In this document: piece after piece, positions 56,504-64,000 of the stretch
How positions within the stretch are numbered: position 1 is the first letter of the stretch
How the letters are laid out: each line of letters opens with the position of its first letter
Assembly: GCA_964436045.1 (NCBI GenBank)
Contig: CAYTBN010000027.1
Coordinates: 1,409 to 65,408, forward strand
Direction: 5' to 3'
DNA length: 64,000 bases
DNA from: an uncultured Rickettsiales bacterium
GTDB lineage: Bacteria > Myxococcota_A > UBA796 > UBA9615 > CAYRNR01
The notes under the pieces: generated by a model
The model's database searches: none
The model's input: only the letters and a program-made list of their open reading frames with translations
Told to the model about the DNA's origin: nothing
Translations under genes and position numbers: made by a program

Positions 56504-57535
56504 TCAGTTCAGCGAGCCCGGCGGGCCGGTGACCACCACGGTGGTCACCGTGGTGCGGGTCTCCGGATCCTCCGTCGCCGTCACATGACACTGCTGCCGT
56601 CCGCGGACGAAGAGTGCCGACGGGGCGGAGCCACCCGCCGCTGCCGCCTCCGCGACCCTGGAATCTTCCGACCAATCGTACTGCGGAAGCTGGGTCGAAT
56701 AGAAGTCCAGGACCGACATTGCGTCGCGCGCGGACTGATACTGGCCCATGTGGACCAGCATCGAGCCGCTGTCCTGGGAGAACGACAGGAGGCGCACGTC
56801 ACCGGGTACGCGGGGTACGTCGGGGGGATCGGAACCGGGGGCGTCGTCCTCGCCATCGGTGGACACGGCGCGCACGTCGAAGTCCTCGGAGGGCCAGGCG
56901 GCCATCACGGTGGTCGAGCGGGCGCCGGGCTGGCGCAGGGCCAGGACGAACTTGGCGTCGCCCAGGTCCGAGATGCGCCCGCTGGCCGCGGCGGCCTCGG
57001 CCCGGCGGTTCATCTCCTCGGCCCAGCCCGGCTCGTCCCAGTCCGGGATCACGGCGGTGCCGTAGATCCCCCAGGTGCCGGCGTCGATGCGGGTCCCGCG
57101 GCGGCCGATGCGCTCGTTCATCTGCTCGCGGAGCCGATCCCAGTCCTCGCCTTCGATGTCGGGGTTCTTCGGGCTGTCCCCTCCCAGTTCGCCGGGAGGT
57201 CCCCCGTAGAGGTCCTCGTAGTAGTCCAGGACCTCGTCGACGGTGCGCCAGTCGTTCTCGAGGGTGTAGTAGATGCGGTTTCCGTTGAGGGTCGCGGCCT
57301 GTACCGAGCCCGGATCGACCTGCAGGTCCCACACCGACGGCACGCCAGCGAACGCGTCTCCCAGGGACTGGAAGACCGTGGCCTCGGCCGGCGGATTCAG
57401 CGGGGAGTTGGCATGACCGAACCAGAACACGGCCAGCGCGAAGGCGACGATCGCCGCCAGCCGCCAGGCCCGGTCCAGGATCGACCTGGACCCGCCCGAA
57501 CTAGAAGCACCAGTCGCAGAGTCCGTAGATCTCAT
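56504..57535 (-). CDS. Hypothetical single-pass membrane protein within Tad-like locus
   Basis: TM (LAAIVAFALAVFWF) then an acidic periplasmic domain of about 290 aa. No known motif. The start may be downstream of the track start, which overlaps tadE by 35 nt. Confidence 0.45.
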   Translation of the reverse strand: MRSTDSATGASSSGGSRSILDRAWRLAAIVAFALAVFWFGHANSPLNPPAEATVFQSLGDAFAGVPSVWDLQVDPGSVQAATLNGNRIYYTLENDWRTVDEVLDYYEDLYGGPPGELGGDSPKNPDIEGEDWDRLREQMNERIGRRGTRIDAGTWGIYGTAVIPDWDEPGWAEEMNRRAEAAAASGRISDLGDAKFVLALRQPGARSTTVMAAWPSEDFDVRAVSTDGEDDAPGSDPPDVPRVPGDVRLLSFSQDSGSMLVHMGQYQSARDAMSVLDFYSTQLPQYDWSEDSRVAEAAAAGGSAPSALFVRGRQQCHVTATEDPETRTTVTTVVVTGPPGSLN

Positions 57536-58121
57536 TGTATGCCCACATGTCCAGGTACGCCTCGTAGCCCCAGAGCACCACGTTGCCCTCGATGTCCTCG
57601 TAGTCCCAGTTCCCGATCGCGATCTTGTGCGTGCGCGTCACGTTGATGTTGCTGGCGTAGGGCAGCAGCGAGTTGCGGATCGGCTGGACCACCGTGGCCT
57701 CGTAGTGAGTGTCGACGGGCGCGATCCCGGTGGCCAGCATGGTGGCGATCTGGCTGTAGTTGATCAGCCCGGTCGGGTTGGTGAGGCCGCCCGGATCGGG
57801 GAATTGCAGAAAGATCGACGGGTCGAAGTCGCTGAGGTTCTCCAGGGTGTCGTTGGAGGCACTGCCGGAGATCGACGCCCCGGCCAGCTTGAAGTCGTTC
57901 TGTGCCTTGGCGGACGCCGCCGACAGGCTGTGGTTCGGGTCGTGGCGCCCGGCCTTCCAGGCCACGTAGCGTACGGCGATCTGGGCGTTCTGCTCCTGAT
58001 AGTAGGCCTTGCCGAAGTGGATGATCCCCATGATCAGGACCAGGAAGATCGGCAGGGTCACGGCGAACTCGACCGTGGCCTGCCCGCGGACGTCTTCGCG
58101 CAGTCGGCGGATGGCTCTCAT
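57501..58121 (-). CDS. TadE-like pseudopilin
   Basis: N-terminus MRAIRRLREDVRGQATVEFAVTLPIFLVLIMGII is the TadE signature. Confidence 0.75.
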   Translation of the reverse strand: MRAIRRLREDVRGQATVEFAVTLPIFLVLIMGIIHFGKAYYQEQNAQIAVRYVAWKAGRHDPNHSLSAASAKAQNDFKLAGASISGSASNDTLENLSDFDPSIFLQFPDPGGLTNPTGLINYSQIATMLATGIAPVDTHYEATVVQPIRNSLLPYASNINVTRTHKIAIGNWDYEDIEGNVVLWGYEAYLDMWAYNEIYGLCDWCF

Positions 58122-59455
58122 CAGTGGGTGATCACGATCTGGGTAAGGTCACTGAGGCCCGCGACCCACAACGATATCCGACCCGCCGCGCCGATGTCCG
58201 GGGGCATCGGCAGCCCCGGCGTCGTCAGCATGTAGTCGGTCATGAACAGGGGCATGTCTCCCAGCTTGGACACGGGCACCAAGTGGGCGTGCCAGCGGGG
58301 GACGAACATGTTGCCGTCTTGGGTGTTGGTGACCTCGGCCTGGGCCACCGTGATCATCCCGAACACCTCGTTGTACGGGTTGTTGAAGTGGTCGGGCAGG
58401 GCGATGACCTCGCCCTGCTCGGGCGAATCGTAGCCGATGGCGACGTACTGGGCGGAGTCCGGGAACTCGTCGTCCAGGATCAGCGGATTGGCCTTGCCGG
58501 TGTCCGTGTAGTCCGACAGGCTCGGGTACCACCACAGCCCCTGGCACTCGACCAGGTAGTACCAGGCCACGTTGGTCTCCCACCACGTGTTGCCCTTGGC
58601 CAGGGGCGCCATCTTGCCGAACAGCATCTGGTAGGGCAGCTGCTGGGTCGGGCTGCCCAGCGGACCGTTGGCCCAGTGGGGATAGGCCGCCAACGCCGGG
58701 GCGTACGCGTCCTCGGGATAGGCCGTGATGGCGTAGTACAACATCGCAGACACGGCGGCGGTCTTGATGCCGGCGTCCTCCCACAGGTCGTAGCCGCCGT
58801 CGTCGCCGTTGGCCATCGTCTCGCACAGATCGGTCATCTCCCCCTCTTTGAGGGGCATCTCGTTGGGCCACACGAAGGCGTAGTCCAGCCCGTTCTCCTG
58901 GGCCAGCATCGTGCCCTCGGTCATCGCCATCGCCTCGAAGCCGTCGCGTACCCCCTCGGCGACGGTCGTCAGATCGTCCATCCGTGTGAAGAGGAACTCG
59001 ATCTGATCGTCCAGCGGTGGCCAGCCGGCCATCAGCAGCTGGATCCCGACCATCGCGCAGTTCCACTCCTCGATGATCGACTGCCAGCAGCGGCCGAAGT
59101 CGAGGTCGCACCAGGGATCGCAGAAGCACGAGGCGTTGGCTGCGGCCATGTCGGCCGACTCCAGCACCGCCCAGGTGATGGACTCGGTGAAGATCGCCTC
59201 GGCGAGCAACATCGACTTCATGATGTTGGTCATCGCGATCAGGTTCATGCCGCGGGCTTCCCAGGTGGCCGCGCTGATGGCGGCCGAGTCGACCGCGTTC
59301 TGCGCCGTCACCTTGTGGGTCAGGTGGCGGCCATTGTTCAGCATCAGGATCACGAACGAACAGATCAGGAACCCGGTCAGGGCCACGAAGGCCATGGTCT
59401 GGCCGTCGCGCCTGTGGTGGAGCGACATCGCCCGGCGAACCAGCGTGCGCATCAC
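58121..59455 (-). CDS. TadG-like (Tad_N) pilus-associated protein
   Basis: N-terminus RRDGQTMAFVALTGFLICSFVILML is the TadG/Tad_N-type hydrophobic start. Large Cys/Trp-rich periplasmic domain. Confidence 0.65.
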   Translation of the reverse strand: MMRTLVRRAMSLHHRRDGQTMAFVALTGFLICSFVILMLNNGRHLTHKVTAQNAVDSAAISAATWEARGMNLIAMTNIMKSMLLAEAIFTESITWAVLESADMAAANASCFCDPWCDLDFGRCWQSIIEEWNCAMVGIQLLMAGWPPLDDQIEFLFTRMDDLTTVAEGVRDGFEAMAMTEGTMLAQENGLDYAFVWPNEMPLKEGEMTDLCETMANGDDGGYDLWEDAGIKTAAVSAMLYYAITAYPEDAYAPALAAYPHWANGPLGSPTQQLPYQMLFGKMAPLAKGNTWWETNVAWYYLVECQGLWWYPSLSDYTDTGKANPLILDDEFPDSAQYVAIGYDSPEQGEVIALPDHFNNPYNEVFGMITVAQAEVTNTQDGNMFVPRWHAHLVPVSKLGDMPLFMTDYMLTTPGLPMPPDIGAAGRISLWVAGLSDLTQIVITH

Positions 59456-60423
59456 GGGGTCTCCAGGGTCAGGGTGCAGGTGGCGTTGATCGCCGTGTAG
59501 CTACCCGGCGCGAACTCCAGCAACGAGAACTCCGAGGGCAGGGTGCCCATCTCGTCGATCAGCTGGGCCGCCAGCGGGATGTTGAGGTGGAAGCAGTGGG
59601 TGACCTGCACGGTGATGTCGTCGTGGGGATTGAAGGTGACCACGTCGCCCGGGGCGGCCACCACCGAGGTGCCGCCTCCGCTGACGGTGACGAACTTCAC
59701 CACGGTGCAGAAGTACGAGTAGGCGAACCGATCCGCATAGTCGAGCACCTGGACCGCGCCCGGGATCACCGACAACATGCTGGTGATGGCGTTGACCACG
59801 TCCATCACCAGCCCTCCCACCAGGGGCAGCCCGGCCAGCACGTGGCTGGCGCGCCGGGAGATCGGCACGCAGGCGATGACCGCGGAGTTCTTGATGTTGG
59901 AGTACTTCTCGTTGCCGGTCGACAGGGTGATCTTGTTGACCTCCTCGTCGGCCTCCATCGGGATCCAGACGATGGCGGAGCGGGCGGCGGCGTAGGCGGC
60001 GTACAGCGTCACGTTCTTGGCGTTGTACATCAGCGACATCTGGGCCACGCCCATCACGACCATCATCAGCGCCCAGAAGATGATCACGAACTCGGTGATC
60101 GCCTGACCGGCCTGGGCCCGTCGCAGCTTGACCAGCCCGCGGAAGGGCGACATCGGGCTGGAGACCAGCAGCGACATCCGCCACACCAGCAGGACCAGCG
60201 ATCCCACGGCCAGGGAGATCCCGATCGCGAGGCCGGTCGGGGCGCCGGTGAACGAGACGTTGGCGATCACCCCCGGTGCCACCGGCCCCGACCCGGAGAG
60301 CAGGCGCGCAGGCGAGGGTGCGAACAGCTGGATGCTCGCGAAGCAGGCGGCGGACACCCCCACGAAGGTCAGCAGGATCCGGAGGACTGTGGTCAAGCGG
60401 TTCGGCATTTTTCCCGCAACCAT
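59452..60423 (-). CDS. TadE-like protein with unusual N-terminal two-TM extension
   Basis: The TadE motif RRAQAGQAITEFVIIFWALMMVVMGV is internal, about 120 aa into the ORF. The preceding in-frame region has strong GC3 coding bias and two TM helices. Start uncertain (candidates 60474, 60423, 60408, 60177, 60153). Confidence 0.55.
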   Translation of the reverse strand: MVAGKMPNRLTTVLRILLTFVGVSAACFASIQLFAPSPARLLSGSGPVAPGVIANVSFTGAPTGLAIGISLAVGSLVLLVWRMSLLVSSPMSPFRGLVKLRRAQAGQAITEFVIIFWALMMVVMGVAQMSLMYNAKNVTLYAAYAAARSAIVWIPMEADEEVNKITLSTGNEKYSNIKNSAVIACVPISRRASHVLAGLPLVGGLVMDVVNAITSMLSVIPGAVQVLDYADRFAYSYFCTVVKFVTVSGGGTSVVAAPGDVVTFNPHDDITVQVTHCFHLNIPLAAQLIDEMGTLPSEFSLLEFAPGSYTAINATCTLTLETP

Positions 60424-60520
60424 CTTATCGGGGCCCTGGCGCTGCCGGGACGGTTTTTTGCAAACTCCTCGCATCCGCGCTGCCCGCGCACGGGGTTGCG
60501 CACGGAGGCGCACACGTTTC

Positions 60521-60540
60521 TTTAATATTTACAGTAACTT
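60521..60540 (-). promoter_or_regulatory. AT-rich island (TTTAATATTTACAGTAACTT) in about 190-nt intergenic gap; candidate promoter for the pseudopilin/secretin operon
   Basis: This is the only strongly AT-rich 20-mer in a >68% GC context. It lies upstream (minus-strand sense) of the 59452..60423 gene. Confidence 0.35.
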
Positions 60541-60616
60541 GGGAGGGGCTGGCCCATAGTGAACTACATACAGAACACCCCTGGGGCCGGCACTGTACGG
60601 GGGCAGATGGCGGGTT

Positions 60617-62155
60617 TCAGCGTTTCCGGGGTGCAACCGAGACCCGGCAGTCGCCCGCAGGCGGCGGGATCCCGGAATCGCGCCGCAGGTAGAGCAACCG
60701 GCCGTAGAGCGGGGTCCGCCCGTAGTCCGGGATCAGGGCGCGGTGCAGCCGGTAATCGCGGCCGAGCCGAGGACCGCCGTGAACCCGGCGTTCGACGCTG
60801 GCGCGCAGATCCTCCGCAGCCACCGTCCCCTCGCAGCCCGGGTCCAGCGGCGGCTCGCGCTCGAGGCGCAGCACGATGGCGTCCGGCGCCCGCTCGTCGA
60901 ACAGATAGTCGAGGTCGAAGCGCTTGGCCAGCCGCCCACCGGGGGCGCGGCCGATGACCGGGTCGGTCAGCCCCCCCAGGTCCGTGATCTCCAGGGTGCC
61001 CCGGAAGCCGATCTCGCCGATGTCGATCAGGGCCACGCTGTCGGCGCCTGCTTCGGCCAGCCACTCCTCGATCCGCCGATCCTCGTGGCGGATCGTGCGG
61101 AGGCTGGCGTCCGCCAGTCCGACCACGCGGCTGGCCTCGAGCGCCCCACCGCCGATACAGAGCATGATCAGGGGTAGCACGATGAGCCGCGGTCTCCGGG
61201 ACCCGGTCAGCAGCGCGGACGATCCCGCAGCAGCGACCGCCAGGGCAGCGTAGCAGGGCAACAGGAAGCGGCCGGCGGGCATCCAGTCGCCGCCCTCGAG
61301 GACCGCCGCGAGGGCCCAGGCCAGGGCCACCGCCAACCACGCCCGGGGCCATTTGCCTCCCACGGCGGCGCCGATCACCGCCAGCGCCAGCAACGGCAGC
61401 GCCCAGGGATCGAGCAGACCATCGAGGAGGTAACGCAGGCCCTCGAGCCGATCTGGCGGCTTGGCAAAGTAGGTATTGGGCAGCCACTCCTCGAACACCG
61501 CGCGGCGGACCACCAGCAGTGCGAGCGCGCTGCCCGCGGCCGCGGTGGCCAGGATCGCCCCCCGCCGGATCACGTCACGCTCCCGGACCACGGTGAGCGC
61601 CGCCGCGAGGGCCACGGGGATCCACATTCCCTCGGGGCGGCACAGGGGCCCGCCCATCGCGGCGGCGGCACCCAGCCAGAGGGGCACGCGGCCCGTCAGC
61701 CCTGCCACCGCCACCAGCGTCAGCGCCACGAACGCCAGGGTCTCCAGCCCGGTCGCGGTGTGGTAGGCCACCGGGCCGCTGATCGCCAGCAACAGACAGG
61801 CGATCCAGGGCGCTGGCCTCCGGGTCTGGTCGGTCACCGCCGCCAGCGCTGCCATCGAGAGCAGCAGGGCCAGACAACCCGCCACGGACGCCGCCCGGGG
61901 GATCGCCTCGACGCCGAAGAACGCGCCAGCGGCCAGATCCAGCGCGAGCCACAGGGGGCTCGAGAACCCCTCGGCGGGCGCGGCCGCCGGCTCGAATGTG
62001 GGTCCATGCCCCGCCAGTACGTTGGCGGCGTAGCGGTGGGTGATGAAGGCGTCATCCAGCTGAAACGGGAGCACCGCCAGTGCCAGCCCGAGACCGCCGA
62101 GCCCGGCCACGAGGGCCGCCAGCATCGCCGTCCGTGTCCCGCGACCGCTGACCAT
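60617..62155 (-). CDS. Multi-pass membrane glycosyltransferase, GT-C fold (PMT_2/ArnT-like)
   Basis: At least 10 predicted TM helices. The first-loop motif FQLDDAFITHRYAANVL resembles the DE/DD-x-x-RYA catalytic loop of GT39/GT83 (PMT/ArnT). A soluble C-terminal domain follows. Start at MVSGRG (62155). Confidence 0.55.
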   Translation of the reverse strand: MVSGRGTRTAMLAALVAGLGGLGLALAVLPFQLDDAFITHRYAANVLAGHGPTFEPAAAPAEGFSSPLWLALDLAAGAFFGVEAIPRAASVAGCLALLLSMAALAAVTDQTRRPAPWIACLLLAISGPVAYHTATGLETLAFVALTLVAVAGLTGRVPLWLGAAAAMGGPLCRPEGMWIPVALAAALTVVRERDVIRRGAILATAAAGSALALLVVRRAVFEEWLPNTYFAKPPDRLEGLRYLLDGLLDPWALPLLALAVIGAAVGGKWPRAWLAVALAWALAAVLEGGDWMPAGRFLLPCYAALAVAAAGSSALLTGSRRPRLIVLPLIMLCIGGGALEASRVVGLADASLRTIRHEDRRIEEWLAEAGADSVALIDIGEIGFRGTLEITDLGGLTDPVIGRAPGGRLAKRFDLDYLFDERAPDAIVLRLEREPPLDPGCEGTVAAEDLRASVERRVHGGPRLGRDYRLHRALIPDYGRTPLYGRLLYLRRDSGIPPPAGDCRVSVAPRKR

Positions 62156-62190
62156 GGCCTCCGCCCGCACCTGCCGCCCAGTGGGGGTTG

Positions 62191-62730
62191 TCAGAACAGG
62201 TCCATGTGTCGCAGCAGGTCCAGGTTCTCCAGGCTGGCCCAGATCGTCCCCACCGCGATCGCCACCCCGAAGGGAACCCGCTGGCTGTTGGCCGGATCCA
62301 GCTTCTGGGTCTGCATCGGCATCGCCCAGGTGACCACGGTCCACAGGGTGTTGCGGATCCCCCGCCACAGCACACCCTTCCACAGCATCACCGACACCGC
62401 GAGCACTCCCCCGACCAGGATCGTGTGGAAGAGTCCGCCCACGATCGCGGGATACCCCACGATCGCCCCCGCAGCTCCCATCAGCTTGACGTCGCCGCCC
62501 CCCATGCCGCCGAACAGGAACACCAGGAAGAAGGGCACGAAGCCCACCGCGAGCCCCAGGCCGTGCTGGCCCAGCTCGGGCAAGCCGCCGGCCACCACGG
62601 CCAGGACGAGCCCCAGCGCCACCGCGGGGTAGGTGATCTGGTTGAAGATCTTGCCGGTCGCCAGGTCGCTCAACGCGCACAGCACCATCACGCCGTACAA
62701 GAGCACCTTTTCGGCGACCTCATAGGGCAT
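62191..62730 (-). CDS. Prepilin peptidase CpaA/TadV (A24 family)
   Basis: 179 aa polytopic protein. Asp-containing motifs (LSDLATGKI...GGGDVKLMGAAGA) are typical of TadV/CpaA. Confidence 0.8.
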   Translation of the reverse strand: MPYEVAEKVLLYGVMVLCALSDLATGKIFNQITYPAVALGLVLAVVAGGLPELGQHGLGLAVGFVPFFLVFLFGGMGGGDVKLMGAAGAIVGYPAIVGGLFHTILVGGVLAVSVMLWKGVLWRGIRNTLWTVVTWAMPMQTQKLDPANSQRVPFGVAIAVGTIWASLENLDLLRHMDLF

Positions 62731-62859
62731 CGGTCGGGCCCGCGCAGCCTATGGTGAAACGAGTAGAGAACAAGAGGACGACTCCGAGAAAACGTGCGCT
62801 GGATCCCCAATGGCCTGTGCTATGGTTCCGCTGCACGGAATAGCGGGAAGGTACCACAG

Positions 62860-63054
62860 GTGCATCCGAGCAGCGACGCAACCGAGCGCCGCCCAGTGAG
62901 GCGACGCGACGAGTCGGGTCAGGCGATGACGGAGTACATCCTCGTCGTCGCGATCGCGGTCGTCGGACTGATCCTGGTCAGCAACGCGCTGACCCGCTCG
63001 GTCCTCGCGTACTTCACGATGCAAGCCCTGTGGATCTCTCTGCCCATCATGTGA
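62860..63054 (+). CDS. Flp-family pilin 1
   Basis: The leader ends ...DESG|QAMTEY, with Glu at +5 and Tyr at +6 of the mature peptide and a hydrophobic stretch ILVVAIAVVGLILV. GGGAAGG RBS precedes the GTG start. Confidence 0.75.
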   Translation: MHPSSDATERRPVRRRDESGQAMTEYILVVAIAVVGLILVSNALTRSVLAYFTMQALWISLPIM

Positions 63055-63076
63055 ACAACGTATGGGAGGTCGATCG

Positions 63077-63262
63077 ATGAACGCGCTGGCCAGGCTCCAC
63101 CGGGACGAGACCGGACAGGGGATGACCGAGTACATCCTGATCGTGGTCTTCATCGCGATCGCGGTACTGATCGTGCTGGGCATCTTCAAGGAGCAGATCA
63201 AGCGACTGTTCCGCGGCACCAACACGGAGCTGCAGAACGTCAACGTCGCGCCGACCTCCTAG
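63077..63262 (+). CDS. Flp-family pilin 2
   Basis: Leader MNALARLHRDETG|QGMTEYILIVVFIAIAVLIVLGIF. GGGAGG RBS 7 nt upstream of ATG. Confidence 0.75.
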   Translation: MNALARLHRDETGQGMTEYILIVVFIAIAVLIVLGIFKEQIKRLFRGTNTELQNVNVAPTS

Positions 63263-63437
63263 TCGGTCCGATCCTCACGCCCGCGCCGATCGCCGGGGTT
63301 TGCCCTGGCGGTCCGCGCGTACCCTAGCGCTGTTGCCCCCGCCCGTTCGGGGGTGAACTGCGACCATTCCGTCAGATTCTTGTCGGTTCCCTGCCGGATC
63401 CCGCGTGGGCTTGCGCTACAATCAATCGGACCTATCT

Positions 63438-63460
63438 CGATGCACAAGGATGCATCGATG
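63438..63460. promoter_or_regulatory. Palindrome TCGATGCA-N6-TGCATCGA upstream of Ser/Thr kinase gene
   Basis: Perfect 8-bp inverted arms, preceded by a TACAAT -10-like hexamer (~63416). Candidate operator. Confidence 0.35.
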
Positions 63461-63702
63461 CCGTACCGTGCGCCGCGCCAGCCGACTGGAGTCCCTTGAA
63501 TCCAGGCCAGCCCAACCACGATCCGCCCGCCGACGGCCGCCTGCCCCAGGCGACACCGGTCGATGACAACCTGTCGACGACGGATGGCGAGCTGGCCGAA
63601 GAGCTGGAGCCCGATCTGGAGCCGGTGGAGCCCGTGCTGCAGGCCACTCCGGTGGACGGCATCCCGGTGGTACCCGGCGGTGGCCCGCCCGACGACGGCG
63701 AG

Positions 63703-64000
63703 ATGATCCCGGCGGCGGTGGTCGAGGGAGTCGCCCGCCAGCATCCGGGGGCGAACACCATCTCCGATGCGGTCTTCCAGTCCGACGAGTTCCTGGCCAA
63801 ACGTTACGACATGATCCGCCGTGTCGGCCGCGGGGGCATGTCGGTGGTCTACCTGGCCCACGATCGCCAGCTCCACCGGAACGTGGCGGTCAAGGTGACG
63901 CGCCCGTTCGGCGCCGAGGAGCTCGACGTCCAGACCGCGCGTTTTGTCAACGAGGCGCGAATCCTCGCCCGGCTGAACCACCCCAACATCGTCCAGGTCT
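63703..64000 (+). CDS. Hanks-type Ser/Thr protein kinase (partial; continues past window end)
   Basis: YDMIRRVGRGGMSVVYLAHDRQLHRNVAVKV contains the Gly-rich loop and the VAVK Lys. The frame is open from 63328. The start is uncertain (ATG 63703; in-frame TTG 63496 / GTG 63625 upstream). Confidence 0.6.
   Translation, partial: MIPAAVVEGVARQHPGANTISDAVFQSDEFLAKRYDMIRRVGRGGMSVVYLAHDRQLHRNVAVKVTRPFGAEELDVQTARFVNEARILARLNHPNIVQV

Noticed and set aside
60564-61487. 307-aa minus-strand ORF in an alternative frame within the glycosyltransferase gene
   Set aside because: It is an Arg/Pro/Gly-rich alternative-frame artefact. The 60617..62155 frame has coherent TM helices and GC3 bias.
62731-62859. Sigma54 (-24/-12) promoter upstream of flp pilin 1 (TGGCCTGTGCTATGGTTCCGCTGCA)
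   Set aside because: GG and GC elements are present but the spacing is wrong for the TGGCAC-N5-TTGC consensus in either register.
63259-63981. 240-aa minus-strand ORF at the window end
   Set aside because: It is antisense to the clearly recognisable Ser/Thr kinase reading frame on the plus strand.
1-64000. Mobile elements, prophage or genomic-island boundaries
   Set aside because: I found no integrase, transposase, tRNA or flanking direct repeats. GC content is uniformly high apart from two ~20-nt AT-rich promoter-like patches.

Overview
High-GC (~68-70%) chromosomal segment, most likely from a Myxococcota-like deltaproteobacterium. That assignment is inference from lipoprotein density, FHA/Ser-Thr-kinase content, MJ0042 zinc ribbons and GYF/TPR proteins. 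The window is densely coding on both strands. I found no rRNA, tRNA, CRISPR, integrase or transposase. Left to right it contains the following. (i) A cluster of three CotH-family atypical protein kinase lipoproteins plus a lamin-tail-domain (LTD) lipoprotein. (ii) Housekeeping genes: a PaaI thioesterase, an ABC1/UbiB kinase, an S9 peptidase, rseP, an AAA+ ATPase, gpmI, rplU-rpmA-obg, rsfS, rlmH, a ComF-like protein, an M16 peptidase, dtd, uvrD, glmU, ssb, xseB and tlyA. (iii) An HscC-like short Hsp70 paired with a J-domain protein. (iv) A response-regulator/GGDEF cyclase. (v) Two tandem paralogs encoding MJ0042 zinc-ribbon, GYF-like and TPR proteins that carry perfect in-frame tandem DNA repeats. 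(vi) Several lipoproteins sharing a poly-Asp 'DDDTGDDD' linker directly after the lipobox. (vii) From about 45.6 kb to the window end, a large Tad/Flp-pilus-like (Kil-like) secretion/pilus locus. It has two CpaF ATPases (one N-terminally fused to an FHA domain), three more FHA-domain membrane proteins, TadB/TadC, a short secretin, CpaB, three TadE/TadG pseudopilins, a GT-C-type membrane glycosyltransferase, a prepilin peptidase, two Flp pilins and a flanking Hanks-type Ser/Thr kinase. TadZ/CpaE and TadD are absent. This phospho-Thr-signalling-wired Tad machine is the strongest candidate for a novel or poorly described system. I also report a recurrent (GGCGTCA)3 intergenic element at two loci, a (GAGTCC)n microsatellite, and a long imperfect inverted repeat that may be a structured RNA. 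Coordinates are from the ORF track, with starts refined by signal peptides and RBS; start codons are uncertain by up to a few codons in several cases.
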